Shown: positions 1 through 13,750 of the stretch, one piece after another
How the letters are laid out: each line of letters starts with the position of its first letter
Position numbering within the stretch: the first letter of the stretch is position 1
From: Azolla caroliniana
Taxonomy: Eukaryota; Plantae; Polypodiophyta
Assembly: GCA_043228905.1 (NCBI GenBank)
Contig: JBHGNT010000022.1
Coordinates: 1-64,000 of the forward strand
Direction: 5' to 3'
DNA: 64,000 nucleotides
Made by a program: the position numbers and the translations under genes
Notes under the pieces: model-generated
Seen by the model: the letters and a program-made list of their open reading frames with translations, nothing else
What the model was told of the DNA's origin: nothing
The model's database searches: none

Positions 1-176
1 AGAAATGAGCTAGTTATCGTAGAGTGAGCTCTTGGAATGAGTACAACTAGCTTCGAAAGGCAAGTATAATTGAATATATCAAAGCGAAGGGTGATTGTTT
101 CTTGTTTAGTGTGACATAATCTGTGTGAAATTTAGTGTGTTTGTAAAAATTATTGGTACCATGGGGAACTTAACGA

Positions 177-720
177 TTAGGCACTACACTTCTTCAAACT
201 CTTGGGAACACTAATCTTTAAAGTCAACCTTGGAATTGGATAATGTGGATGTGGGGTATACTTAGTGGGAAGCGAGACCTTTACTTCGCATCGCTCGAAG
301 ATCTCTCCGGCTTCACTAACATTTAACTCTCCTCTATCCGTGATTCCCTCTTCCGTACAATGTCTACGACGACTTCTCATAGGAACTCGTACACTCCCAT
401 CATGGTATTGTTTCTACGAGCCCTTTCTTCTATATTGTTTGTACAGGTTTGACTAGGAGGCACGAAATATTTCATCAACACTGAATCTAACCTTGGCAAT
501 ACAAATTGTCACTTTGTTGATAAGTTGTTATTCCTAACTAAAGCGTAGAGTTCCATAATCCTTGTGCACAATGAGCAAAGGAATAGAGTAAGGTGCACAT
601 GATGGGTCTTGTATCCCAATGTCGATATTCTCTTTTAATAACACTCTCAACTTTTGGATGTGGGATCGGCATAGGGAACAATTTGAAGCTCAATTGTTGA
701 CGCACTGCACTCTATTGCTT
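177..720 (-). mobile_element. Highly degenerate Ty3/gypsy RT remnant (present in each unit; diverged homolog at about 18175-18650)
   Basis: Minus-strand peptides GIQDPSCAPYSIPLLIVHKDYGTLRF..LINKVTI and, in the paralog, KGQYVLPRFDSLF and INTRIGVYEFL resemble the N-terminal motifs of gypsy RT. Many stops and frameshifts. Confidence 0.45.
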
Positions 721-2262
721 CACGTTGACAGTGTAGGAAGGTCACCTCGTTTACTGTCTACAGCTTGAAACAAGCATTGAGGATGTGGTATCAGAAGTTC
801 GATTCCTACATGTATCTGACAACTTGGATTCAACCGGTACGATTCCGACCCGTGCATGTATATTCGACCATAGGAAGTCTGATGTACATGATGGTGGCCA
901 CTCGACCTGACCTTGCCTATGAGGTAGGAGCCACCAGCCGATACATGTGTAATCCCGAAAAAAGCACTCGGAAGTTGTACAACGTATATTCTGGTACCTA
1001 CGCAGCAATGAGAATCTACAACTAACCTTAGGATCAAACTATCCGACCGAGGTCAAGGGCTTCACTGATTCTAATTATGTCGGCAACCCCTAGAATCGGA
1101 AATCGATATAAGGAATAGAGGCAGAGCGATTTCATGGAGGTCGAAGCGGCAAGAATGTATGACATCACTCTCCACAATAGAAGTCGAGTACATCGCCACG
1201 TCGAATGCAACAAAAGAAGCAATCTAGCTATAGTGACTATCACCCGATTTTTCGGCCAAGAACTAAATTGTCTATCCAGTGCTTACTCTGTATTGTGACT
1301 CACCACGTGCAATCCACCTGCTACGAATCTAGTATATCACGCGAGGATAAAACATATTGAGATGCGATGTCATCATATCTGCGAGCTCCTCACCGATAAA
1401 AAGCTCGAAGTCTGAAAAGTTGATACAAAGGTGAATATCACAGACAACTTGACGAAGCCACTCCTAGATCACCACTTCAGCACAATAAGAAGACAGATGG
1501 GACTATAGCAAGCTGAGGATCACAAACGAGCCAAATACAAGGAAGTAGTAGGAGAGTCAAAAATTGGAAGAGTTGTTTGAGTTCAAACGCCAAAGTCCGA
1601 ACAACCAAAAAACCAAAAAGCTGAAAAGACCACGTAGTCTAAAAGAGTCAAAAGACTACAAGTCGATCGAAGGGCTGAAGTAGTCAGAAACCGATCGCTA
1701 ACCCAAGAGTAGGTACAAGGACTAGTCCACAAGAGACGCCATTGGCTCAAGGGCCGAAATCCGATTCGGCAACATGCCGACTCTAGCATTGTCGATCCGG
1801 CAATTAGCCGACCAACTTCTATATTTCTAATTGTAGTTTAAATTTACAATATAATTTAAGATTACGGGGGATATAACCCCATCTCATTGTAAATAATTAG
1901 AGTATTCCTTTTATTGCGGAGTTTTTTGGACAAAATGTCCTAGTCCGCCGAAGTTGTATTCCTAGTGTAAACACACTATCTCAATAAGGGAGACCCTAAC
2001 CATAAAACTGTGCAAAGGAGTGCGTGAAAAGTAGTTCGTTGGGATTAGTAATACAATTGTTTTCTCTTAAGTTCTAACTATCTCTGCAGGTGTCTTCATC
2101 TTCATCTTCCTATGTAATCTCAATAATTGAACATCGCACAATATTCACATTCTCACTTGTCATCTTGTTTGCTTGATCCATATACAAGATCCTATTTGGT
2201 ATTTTGCAAGCAACCCAGTTATCATCTCACACAGCTAACTAAGACACAACAGTGTCCAACAA
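721..2262 (+). mobile_element. Truncated Ty1/copia remnant (RT/RNase H fragments and probable 3' LTR), unit 1
   Basis: LKQALRMWYQKFDSYM, IGSLMYMMVATRPDLAY, SLSTIEVEYIA, LYCDS, YHARIKHIEMR and DNLTKPL, followed by an LTR-like segment ending ...CACAACA. Absent from the diverged paralog unit. Confidence 0.85.
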
Positions 2263-2594
2263 TGAGAAGATGATTTTCGACGATATCGTAGGAGGAGAAC
2301 GTCAAGGCCTTATTTCTCCTCTTTCCGAGTTTCCAATGTTATTCATAAATGACTATTGACAAATAAGAGAAGTAGACGTCATCAAGCATCACATCAATTG
2401 ATTAAACATCATGTCACCAAATCAATTTTTGGAAAATGAAAAGGTTGAAAATTATTAGGAAACATTAAGGAAAGCGAAAAAATTATCCAATAATAACACT
2501 TTGAGACTTTTCAAATTTCCATGGATGTTGTTATCGCTAATCGTTTGCAAAACAATTGTTGACTTTTCACAATAATTGAAGGGTCTAGTGGCAC

Positions 2595-2600
2595 TATAAA
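2595..2600 (+). promoter_or_regulatory. Putative TATA box of the cysteine-rich protein gene
   Basis: GGCACTATAAAGAG about 100 bp upstream of ATG 2698, conserved in the diverged paralog (19824-19829). Confidence 0.55.
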
Positions 2601-2697
2601 GAGACAAAGGATCAAGTTGAGTAACAACATCAAGCATACCTATTTACAGAGCCTATATAGTATAAGTAGCATCCACAATATCAAATTATATTTTATC

Positions 2698-3015
2698 ATG
2701 GACAAGAAGTTGCAAAGGTGCCTCCTTTTGTCTGTTTTTCTTCTTGTCACGACCATGGTCATTCATGGGCCGTCGACGACCTACGCTCAAGTCTTGAACG
2801 CCGACGTCTCCATCTGTCTAAATGTTCTTACTGACTTGTTAACTAACACCGTGTGCTCTATCCTACAAAGTACCATAACCCCAGCCTCTCCATGTTGTGT
2901 CTTGCTTGCAACAACTTCTGCATGTGCCACCGTTAACGGTACCCTTTCGCAATCTCTCCCACCCGCTTCTTTGACACCTGCTCAAATTCAAATCCTTGCC
3001 CAATGCGGTCTCTAA
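2698..3015 (+). CDS. Small secreted 6-cysteine prolamin-superfamily (EC1/ECA1-like or nsLTP-related) protein, 105 aa, copy 1
   Basis: The ATG (MDKKLQR) aligns with the paralog start. Hydrophobic signal peptide ending TTYA; pattern C-X12-C-X12-CC-X8-C-X26-C; intronless; AATAAA motifs downstream. Confidence 0.85.
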   Translation: MDKKLQRCLLLSVFLLVTTMVIHGPSTTYAQVLNADVSICLNVLTDLLTNTVCSILQSTITPASPCCVLLATTSACATVNGTLSQSLPPASLTPAQIQILAQCGL

Positions 3016-4316
3016 TGGAAACCTTTACCACTTGCATACCGTACTCCAACCACTACAAAAATAAGAGCACATTTCCAACTCTATTGTTGATCATGTTCCA
3101 TACCACAACATGTGATTCATAGTCATGTAACAATCACATACATAAATAAAGTGTTGTGTTTATTCATAAATAAAGATATGAATATCAATATAATAATTTT
3201 CTTTTACTCTCGCATGAATGCATAAAAAATATGGACTATAACTTATAAATTGTTGTGTAGTGTGTTATGAGCTTGATAGGGTCGCGATCATGTTTACTAA
3301 ATACCATGTCATGTTTCGTGGTACTCCTGTTAAATGTAGATGAAACACTTGGTGAGAATTTATAGTTTTCGTCCTATTTTGTGCATAACATTCTGGTAGA
3401 GTCAATACATCGGCAGATGTAGACGACTTCAAATAGGATCTTCACATTCGTACATTTATTATCATATTTAAATAGGGGAAGCGGGCTTGATAAATTGTGA
3501 TTTGATAGGAGATTTGTTTCTAGTGGATAGAGTTTGATTAACATACTTGGGTAAATCCTTGGATTTTTGGAACATTTATATTGGTAAATTACCTCCAGAA
3601 ATGAGCTAGTTATCGTAGAGTGAGCTCTTGGAATGAGTACAACTAGCTTCGAAAGGCAAGTATAATTGAATATATCAAAGCGAAGGGTGATTGTTTCTTG
3701 TTTAGTGTGACATAATCTGTGTGAAATTTAGTGTGTTTGTAAAAATTATTGGTACCATGGGGAACTTAACGATTAGGCACTACACTTCTTCAAACTCTTG
3801 GGAACACTAATCTTTAAAGTCAACCTTGGAATTGGATAATGTGGATGTGGGGTATACTTAGTGGGAAGCGAGACCTTTACTTCGCATCGCTCGAAGATCT
3901 CTCCGGCTTCACTAACATTTAACTCTCCTCTATCCGTGATTCCCTCTTCCGTACAATGTCTACGACGACTTCTCATAGGAACTCGTACACTCCCATCATG
4001 GTATTGTTTCTACGAGCCCTTTCTTCTATATTGTTTGTACAGGTTTGACTAGGAGGCACGAAATATTTCATCAACACTGAATCTAACCTTGGCAATACAA
4101 ATTGTCACTTTGTTGATAAGTTGTTATTCCTAACTAAAGCGTAGAGTTCCATAATCCTTGTGCACAATGAGCAAAGGAATAGAGTAAGGTGCACATGATG
4201 GGTCTTGTATCCCAATGTCGATATTCTCTTTTAATAACACTCTCAACTTTTGGATGTGGGATCGGCATAGGGAACAATTTGAAGCTCAATTGTTGACGCA
4301 CTGCACTCTATTGCTT

Positions 4317-5858
4317 CACGTTGACAGTGTAGGAAGGTCACCTCGTTTACTGTCTACAGCTTGAAACAAGCATTGAGGATGTGGTATCAGAAGTTCGATT
4401 CCTACATGTATCTGACAACTTGGATTCAACCGGTACGATTCCGACCCGTGCATGTATATTCGACCATAGGAAGTCTGATGTACATGATGGTGGCCACTCG
4501 ACCTGACCTTGCCTATGAGGTAGGAGCCACCAGCCGATACATGTGTAATCCCGAAAAAAGCACTCGGAAGTTGTACAACGTATATTCTGGTACCTACGCA
4601 GCAATGAGAATCTACAACTAACCTTAGGATCAAACTATCCGACCGAGGTCAAGGGCTTCACTGATTCTAATTATGTCGGCAACCCCTAGAATCGGAAATC
4701 GATATAAGGAATAGAGGCAGAGCGATTTCATGGAGGTCGAAGCGGCAAGAATGTATGACATCACTCTCCACAATAGAAGTCGAGTACATCGCCACGTCGA
4801 ATGCAACAAAAGAAGCAATCTAGCTATAGTGACTATCACCCGATTTTTCGGCCAAGAACTAAATTGTCTATCCAGTGCTTACTCTGTATTGTGACTCACC
4901 ACGTGCAATCCACCTGCTACGAATCTAGTATATCACGCGAGGATAAAACATATTGAGATGCGATGTCATCATATCTGCGAGCTCCTCACCGATAAAAAGC
5001 TCGAAGTCTGAAAAGTTGATACAAAGGTGAATATCACAGACAACTTGACGAAGCCACTCCTAGATCACCACTTCAGCACAATAAGAAGACAGATGGGACT
5101 ATAGCAAGCTGAGGATCACAAACGAGCCAAATACAAGGAAGTAGTAGGAGAGTCAAAAATTGGAAGAGTTGTTTGAGTTCAAACGCCAAAGTCCGAACAA
5201 CCAAAAAACCAAAAAGCTGAAAAGACCACGTAGTCTAAAAGAGTCAAAAGACTACAAGTCGATCGAAGGGCTGAAGTAGTCAGAAACCGATCGCTAACCC
5301 AAGAGTAGGTACAAGGACTAGTCCACAAGAGACGCCATTGGCTCAAGGGCCGAAATCCGATTCGGCAACATGCCGACTCTAGCATTGTCGATCCGGCAAT
5401 TAGCCGACCAACTTCTATATTTCTAATTGTAGTTTAAATTTACAATATAATTTAAGATTACGGGGGATATAACCCCATCTCATTGTAAATAATTAGAGTA
5501 TTCCTTTTATTGCGGAGTTTTTTGGACAAAATGTCCTAGTCCGCCGAAGTTGTATTCCTAGTGTAAACACACTATCTCAATAAGGGAGACCCTAACCATA
5601 AAACTGTGCAAAGGAGTGCGTGAAAAGTAGTTCGTTGGGATTAGTAATACAATTGTTTTCTCTTAAGTTCTAACTATCTCTGCAGGTGTCTTCATCTTCA
5701 TCTTCCTATGTAATCTCAATAATTGAACATCGCACAATATTCACATTCTCACTTGTCATCTTGTTTGCTTGATCCATATACAAGATCCTATTTGGTATTT
5801 TGCAAGCAACCCAGTTATCATCTCACACAGCTAACTAAGACACAACAGTGTCCAACAA
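4317..5858 (+). mobile_element. Truncated copia remnant, unit 2
   Basis: Copy of 721-2262. Confidence 0.85.
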
Positions 5859-6293
5859 TGAGAAGATGATTTTCGACGATATCGTAGGAGGAGAACGTCA
5901 AGGCCTTATTTCTCCTCTTTCCGAGTTTCCAATGTTATTCATAAATGACTATTGACAAATAAGAGAAGTAGACGTCATCAAGCATCACATCAATTGATTA
6001 AACATCATGTCACCAAATCAATTTTTGGAAAATGAAAAGGTTGAAAATTATTAGGAAACATTAAGGAAAGCGAAAAAATTATCCAATAATAACACTTTGA
6101 GACTTTTCAAATTTCCATGGATGTTGTTATCGCTAATCGTTTGCAAAACAATTGTTGACTTTTCACAATAATTGAAGGGTCTAGTGGCACTATAAAGAGA
6201 CAAAGGATCAAGTTGAGTAACAACATCAAGCATACCTATTTACAGAGCCTATATAGTATAAGTAGCATCCACAATATCAAATTATATTTTATC

Positions 6294-6611
6294 ATGGACA
6301 AGAAGTTGCAAAGGTGCCTCCTTTTGTCTGTTTTTCTTCTTGTCACGACCATGGTCATTCATGGGCCGTCGACGACCTACGCTCAAGTCTTGAACGCCGA
6401 CGTCTCCATCTGTCTAAATGTTCTTACTGACTTGTTAACTAACACCGTGTGCTCTATCCTACAAAGTACCATAACCCCAGCCTCTCCATGTTGTGTCTTG
6501 CTTGCAACAACTTCTGCATGTGCCACCGTTAACGGTACCCTTTCGCAATCTCTCCCACCCGCTTCTTTGACACCTGCTCAAATTCAAATCCTTGCCCAAT
6601 GCGGTCTCTAA
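6294..6611 (+). CDS. Secreted 6-Cys prolamin-like protein, copy 2
   Basis: Identical translation to copy 1. Confidence 0.85.
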   Translation: MDKKLQRCLLLSVFLLVTTMVIHGPSTTYAQVLNADVSICLNVLTDLLTNTVCSILQSTITPASPCCVLLATTSACATVNGTLSQSLPPASLTPAQIQILAQCGL

Positions 6612-7912
6612 TGGAAACCTTTACCACTTGCATACCGTACTCCAACCACTACAAAAATAAGAGCACATTTCCAACTCTATTGTTGATCATGTTCCATACC
6701 ACAACATGTGATTCATAGTCATGTAACAATCACATACATAAATAAAGTGTTGTGTTTATTCATAAATAAAGATATGAATATCAATATAATAATTTTCTTT
6801 TACTCTCGCATGAATGCATAAAAAATATGGACTATAACTTATAAATTGTTGTGTAGTGTGTTATGAGCTTGATAGGGTCGCGATCATGTTTACTAAATAC
6901 CATGTCATGTTTCGTGGTACTCCTGTTAAATGTAGATGAAACACTTGGTGAGAATTTATAGTTTTCGTCCTATTTTGTGCATAACATTCTGGTAGAGTCA
7001 ATACATCGGCAGATGTAGACGACTTCAAATAGGATCTTCACATTCGTACATTTATTATCATATTTAAATAGGGGAAGCGGGCTTGATAAATTGTGATTTG
7101 ATAGGAGATTTGTTTCTAGTGGATAGAGTTTGATTAACATACTTGGGTAAATCCTTGGATTTTTGGAACATTTATATTGGTAAATTACCTCCAGAAATGA
7201 GCTAGTTATCGTAGAGTGAGCTCTTGGAATGAGTACAACTAGCTTCGAAAGGCAAGTATAATTGAATATATCAAAGCGAAGGGTGATTGTTTCTTGTTTA
7301 GTGTGACATAATCTGTGTGAAATTTAGTGTGTTTGTAAAAATTATTGGTACCATGGGGAACTTAACGATTAGGCACTACACTTCTTCAAACTCTTGGGAA
7401 CACTAATCTTTAAAGTCAACCTTGGAATTGGATAATGTGGATGTGGGGTATACTTAGTGGGAAGCGAGACCTTTACTTCGCATCGCTCGAAGATCTCTCC
7501 GGCTTCACTAACATTTAACTCTCCTCTATCCGTGATTCCCTCTTCCGTACAATGTCTACGACGACTTCTCATAGGAACTCGTACACTCCCATCATGGTAT
7601 TGTTTCTACGAGCCCTTTCTTCTATATTGTTTGTACAGGTTTGACTAGGAGGCACGAAATATTTCATCAACACTGAATCTAACCTTGGCAATACAAATTG
7701 TCACTTTGTTGATAAGTTGTTATTCCTAACTAAAGCGTAGAGTTCCATAATCCTTGTGCACAATGAGCAAAGGAATAGAGTAAGGTGCACATGATGGGTC
7801 TTGTATCCCAATGTCGATATTCTCTTTTAATAACACTCTCAACTTTTGGATGTGGGATCGGCATAGGGAACAATTTGAAGCTCAATTGTTGACGCACTGC
7901 ACTCTATTGCTT

Positions 7913-9454
7913 CACGTTGACAGTGTAGGAAGGTCACCTCGTTTACTGTCTACAGCTTGAAACAAGCATTGAGGATGTGGTATCAGAAGTTCGATTCCTA
8001 CATGTATCTGACAACTTGGATTCAACCGGTACGATTCCGACCCGTGCATGTATATTCGACCATAGGAAGTCTGATGTACATGATGGTGGCCACTCGACCT
8101 GACCTTGCCTATGAGGTAGGAGCCACCAGCCGATACATGTGTAATCCCGAAAAAAGCACTCGGAAGTTGTACAACGTATATTCTGGTACCTACGCAGCAA
8201 TGAGAATCTACAACTAACCTTAGGATCAAACTATCCGACCGAGGTCAAGGGCTTCACTGATTCTAATTATGTCGGCAACCCCTAGAATCGGAAATCGATA
8301 TAAGGAATAGAGGCAGAGCGATTTCATGGAGGTCGAAGCGGCAAGAATGTATGACATCACTCTCCACAATAGAAGTCGAGTACATCGCCACGTCGAATGC
8401 AACAAAAGAAGCAATCTAGCTATAGTGACTATCACCCGATTTTTCGGCCAAGAACTAAATTGTCTATCCAGTGCTTACTCTGTATTGTGACTCACCACGT
8501 GCAATCCACCTGCTACGAATCTAGTATATCACGCGAGGATAAAACATATTGAGATGCGATGTCATCATATCTGCGAGCTCCTCACCGATAAAAAGCTCGA
8601 AGTCTGAAAAGTTGATACAAAGGTGAATATCACAGACAACTTGACGAAGCCACTCCTAGATCACCACTTCAGCACAATAAGAAGACAGATGGGACTATAG
8701 CAAGCTGAGGATCACAAACGAGCCAAATACAAGGAAGTAGTAGGAGAGTCAAAAATTGGAAGAGTTGTTTGAGTTCAAACGCCAAAGTCCGAACAACCAA
8801 AAAACCAAAAAGCTGAAAAGACCACGTAGTCTAAAAGAGTCAAAAGACTACAAGTCGATCGAAGGGCTGAAGTAGTCAGAAACCGATCGCTAACCCAAGA
8901 GTAGGTACAAGGACTAGTCCACAAGAGACGCCATTGGCTCAAGGGCCGAAATCCGATTCGGCAACATGCCGACTCTAGCATTGTCGATCCGGCAATTAGC
9001 CGACCAACTTCTATATTTCTAATTGTAGTTTAAATTTACAATATAATTTAAGATTACGGGGGATATAACCCCATCTCATTGTAAATAATTAGAGTATTCC
9101 TTTTATTGCGGAGTTTTTTGGACAAAATGTCCTAGTCCGCCGAAGTTGTATTCCTAGTGTAAACACACTATCTCAATAAGGGAGACCCTAACCATAAAAC
9201 TGTGCAAAGGAGTGCGTGAAAAGTAGTTCGTTGGGATTAGTAATACAATTGTTTTCTCTTAAGTTCTAACTATCTCTGCAGGTGTCTTCATCTTCATCTT
9301 CCTATGTAATCTCAATAATTGAACATCGCACAATATTCACATTCTCACTTGTCATCTTGTTTGCTTGATCCATATACAAGATCCTATTTGGTATTTTGCA
9401 AGCAACCCAGTTATCATCTCACACAGCTAACTAAGACACAACAGTGTCCAACAA
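7913..9454 (+). mobile_element. Truncated copia remnant, unit 3
   Basis: Copy of 721-2262. Confidence 0.85.
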
Positions 9455-9889
9455 TGAGAAGATGATTTTCGACGATATCGTAGGAGGAGAACGTCAAGGC
9501 CTTATTTCTCCTCTTTCCGAGTTTCCAATGTTATTCATAAATGACTATTGACAAATAAGAGAAGTAGACGTCATCAAGCATCACATCAATTGATTAAACA
9601 TCATGTCACCAAATCAATTTTTGGAAAATGAAAAGGTTGAAAATTATTAGGAAACATTAAGGAAAGCGAAAAAATTATCCAATAATAACACTTTGAGACT
9701 TTTCAAATTTCCATGGATGTTGTTATCGCTAATCGTTTGCAAAACAATTGTTGACTTTTCACAATAATTGAAGGGTCTAGTGGCACTATAAAGAGACAAA
9801 GGATCAAGTTGAGTAACAACATCAAGCATACCTATTTACAGAGCCTATATAGTATAAGTAGCATCCACAATATCAAATTATATTTTATC

Positions 9890-10207
9890 ATGGACAAGAA
9901 GTTGCAAAGGTGCCTCCTTTTGTCTGTTTTTCTTCTTGTCACGACCATGGTCATTCATGGGCCGTCGACGACCTACGCTCAAGTCTTGAACGCCGACGTC
10001 TCCATCTGTCTAAATGTTCTTACTGACTTGTTAACTAACACCGTGTGCTCTATCCTACAAAGTACCATAACCCCAGCCTCTCCATGTTGTGTCTTGCTTG
10101 CAACAACTTCTGCATGTGCCACCGTTAACGGTACCCTTTCGCAATCTCTCCCACCCGCTTCTTTGACACCTGCTCAAATTCAAATCCTTGCCCAATGCGG
10201 TCTCTAA
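9890..10207 (+). CDS. Secreted 6-Cys prolamin-like protein, copy 3
   Basis: Identical translation to copy 1. Confidence 0.85.
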   Translation: MDKKLQRCLLLSVFLLVTTMVIHGPSTTYAQVLNADVSICLNVLTDLLTNTVCSILQSTITPASPCCVLLATTSACATVNGTLSQSLPPASLTPAQIQILAQCGL

Positions 10208-11508
10208 TGGAAACCTTTACCACTTGCATACCGTACTCCAACCACTACAAAAATAAGAGCACATTTCCAACTCTATTGTTGATCATGTTCCATACCACAA
10301 CATGTGATTCATAGTCATGTAACAATCACATACATAAATAAAGTGTTGTGTTTATTCATAAATAAAGATATGAATATCAATATAATAATTTTCTTTTACT
10401 CTCGCATGAATGCATAAAAAATATGGACTATAACTTATAAATTGTTGTGTAGTGTGTTATGAGCTTGATAGGGTCGCGATCATGTTTACTAAATACCATG
10501 TCATGTTTCGTGGTACTCCTGTTAAATGTAGATGAAACACTTGGTGAGAATTTATAGTTTTCGTCCTATTTTGTGCATAACATTCTGGTAGAGTCAATAC
10601 ATCGGCAGATGTAGACGACTTCAAATAGGATCTTCACATTCGTACATTTATTATCATATTTAAATAGGGGAAGCGGGCTTGATAAATTGTGATTTGATAG
10701 GAGATTTGTTTCTAGTGGATAGAGTTTGATTAACATACTTGGGTAAATCCTTGGATTTTTGGAACATTTATATTGGTAAATTACCTCCAGAAATGAGCTA
10801 GTTATCGTAGAGTGAGCTCTTGGAATGAGTACAACTAGCTTCGAAAGGCAAGTATAATTGAATATATCAAAGCGAAGGGTGATTGTTTCTTGTTTAGTGT
10901 GACATAATCTGTGTGAAATTTAGTGTGTTTGTAAAAATTATTGGTACCATGGGGAACTTAACGATTAGGCACTACACTTCTTCAAACTCTTGGGAACACT
11001 AATCTTTAAAGTCAACCTTGGAATTGGATAATGTGGATGTGGGGTATACTTAGTGGGAAGCGAGACCTTTACTTCGCATCGCTCGAAGATCTCTCCGGCT
11101 TCACTAACATTTAACTCTCCTCTATCCGTGATTCCCTCTTCCGTACAATGTCTACGACGACTTCTCATAGGAACTCGTACACTCCCATCATGGTATTGTT
11201 TCTACGAGCCCTTTCTTCTATATTGTTTGTACAGGTTTGACTAGGAGGCACGAAATATTTCATCAACACTGAATCTAACCTTGGCAATACAAATTGTCAC
11301 TTTGTTGATAAGTTGTTATTCCTAACTAAAGCGTAGAGTTCCATAATCCTTGTGCACAATGAGCAAAGGAATAGAGTAAGGTGCACATGATGGGTCTTGT
11401 ATCCCAATGTCGATATTCTCTTTTAATAACACTCTCAACTTTTGGATGTGGGATCGGCATAGGGAACAATTTGAAGCTCAATTGTTGACGCACTGCACTC
11501 TATTGCTT

Positions 11509-13023
11509 CACGTTGACAGTGTAGGAAGGTCACCTCGTTTACTGTCTACAGCTTGAAACAAGCATTGAGGATGTGGTATCAGAAGTTCGATTCCTACATG
11601 TATCTGACAACTTGGATTCAACCGGTACGATTCCGACCCGTGCATGTATATTCGACCATAGGAAGTCTGATGTACATGATGGTGGCCACTCGACCTGACC
11701 TTGCCTATGAGGTAGGAGCCACCAGCCGATACATGTGTAATCCCGAAAAAAGCACTCGGAAGTTGTACAACGTATATTCTGGTACCTACGCAGCAATGAG
11801 AATCTACAACTAACCTTAGGATCAAACTATCCGACCGAGGTCAAGGGCTTCACTGATTCTAATTATGTCGGCAACCCCTAGAATCGGAAATCGATATAAG
11901 GAATAGAGGCAGAGCGATTTCATGGAGGTCGAAGCGGCAAGAATGTATGACATCACTCTCCACAATAGAAGTCGAGTACATCGCCACGTCGAATGCAACA
12001 AAAGAAGCAATCTAGCTATAGTGACTATCACCCGATTTTTCGGCCAAGAACTAAATTGTCTATCCAGTGCTTACTCTGTATTGTGACTCACCACGTGCAA
12101 TCCACCTGCTACGAATCTAGTATATCACGCGAGGATAAAACATATTGAGATGCGATGTCATCATATCTGCGAGCTCCTCACCGATAAAAAGCTCGAAGTC
12201 TGAAAAGTTGATACAAAGGTGAATATCACAGACAACTTGACGAAGCCACTCCTAGATCACCACTTCAGCACAATAAGAAGACAGATGGGACTATAGCAAG
12301 CTGAGGATCACAAACGAGCCAAATACAAGGAAGTAGTAGGAGAGTCAAAAATTGGAAGAGTTGTTTGAGTTCAAACGCCAAAGTCCGAACAACCAAAAAA
12401 CCAAAAAGCTGAAAAGACCACGTAGTCTAAAAGAGTCAAAAGACTACAAGTCGATCGAAGGGCTGAAGTAGTCAGAAACCGATCGCTAACCCAAGAGTAG
12501 GTACAAGGACTAGTCCACAAGAGACGCCATTGGCTCAAGGGCTCTAGCATTGTCGATCCGGCAATTAGCCGACCAACTTCTATATTTCTAATTGTAGTTT
12601 AAATTTACAATATAATTTAAGATTACGGGGGATATAACCCCATCTCATTGTAAATAATTAGAGTATTCCTTTTATTGCGGAGTTTTTTGGACAAAATGTC
12701 CTAGTCCGCCGAAGTTGTATTCCTAGTGTAAACACACTATCTCAATAAGGGAGACCCTAACCATAAAACTGTGCAAAGGAGTGCGTGAAAAGTAGTTCGT
12801 TGGGATTAGTAATACAATTGTTTTCTCTTAAGTTCTAACTATCTCTGCAGGTGTCTTCATCTTCATCTTCCTATGTAATCTCAATAATTGAACATCGCAC
12901 AATATTCACATTCTCACTTGTCATCTTGTTTGCTTGATCCATATACAAGATCCTATTTGGTATTTTGCAAGCAACCCAGTTATCATCTCACACAGCTAAC
13001 TAAGACACAACAGTGTCCAACAA
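11509..13023 (+). mobile_element. Truncated copia remnant, unit 4 (27-bp deletion at about 12541)
   Basis: Copy of 721-2262 lacking CCGAAATCCGATTCGGCAACATGCCGA. Confidence 0.85.
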
Positions 13024-13458
13024 TGAGAAGATGATTTTCGACGATATCGTAGGAGGAGAACGTCAAGGCCTTATTTCTCCTCTTTCCGAGTTTCCAATGT
13101 TATTCATAAATGACTATTGACAAATAAGAGAAGTAGACGTCATCAAGCATCACATCAATTGATTAAACATCATGTCACCAAATCAATTTTTGGAAAATGA
13201 AAAGGTTGAAAATTATTAGGAAACATTAAGGAAAGCGAAAAAATTATCCAATAATAACACTTTGAGACTTTTCAAATTTCCATGGATGTTGTTATCGCTA
13301 ATCGTTTGCAAAACAATTGTTGACTTTTCACAATAATTGAAGGGTCTAGTGGCACTATAAAGAGACAAAGGATCAAGTTGAGTAACAACATCAAGCATAC
13401 CTATTTACAGAGCCTATATAGTATAAGTAGCATCCACAATATCAAATTATATTTTATC

Positions 13459-13750
13459 ATGGACAAGAAGTTGCATTCTTGTCACGACCATGGTCATTCA
13501 TGGGCCGTCGACGACCTACGCTCAAGTCTTGAACGCCGACGTCTCCATCTGTCTAAATGTTCTTACTGACTTGTTAACTAACACCGTATGCTCTATCCTA
13601 CAAAGTACCATAACCCCAGCCTCTCCATGTTGTGTCTTGCTTGCAACAACTTCTGCATGTGCCACCGTTAACGGTACCCTTTCGCAATCTCTCCCACCCG
13701 CTTCTTTGACACCTGCTCAAATTCAAATCCTTGCCCAATGCGGTCTCTAA
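13459..13750 (+). pseudogene. Frameshifted copy 4 of the 6-Cys protein gene
   Basis: A 26-bp deletion after 13475 removes most of the signal-peptide core and shifts the frame. There is also a G>A SNP at 13588. Confidence 0.85.

Noticed and set aside
2617-2697. 132-aa ORF starting at TTG 2617 (and its copies)
   Set aside because: Non-ATG start just downstream of the TATA box. The paralog and the signal peptide point to ATG 2698.
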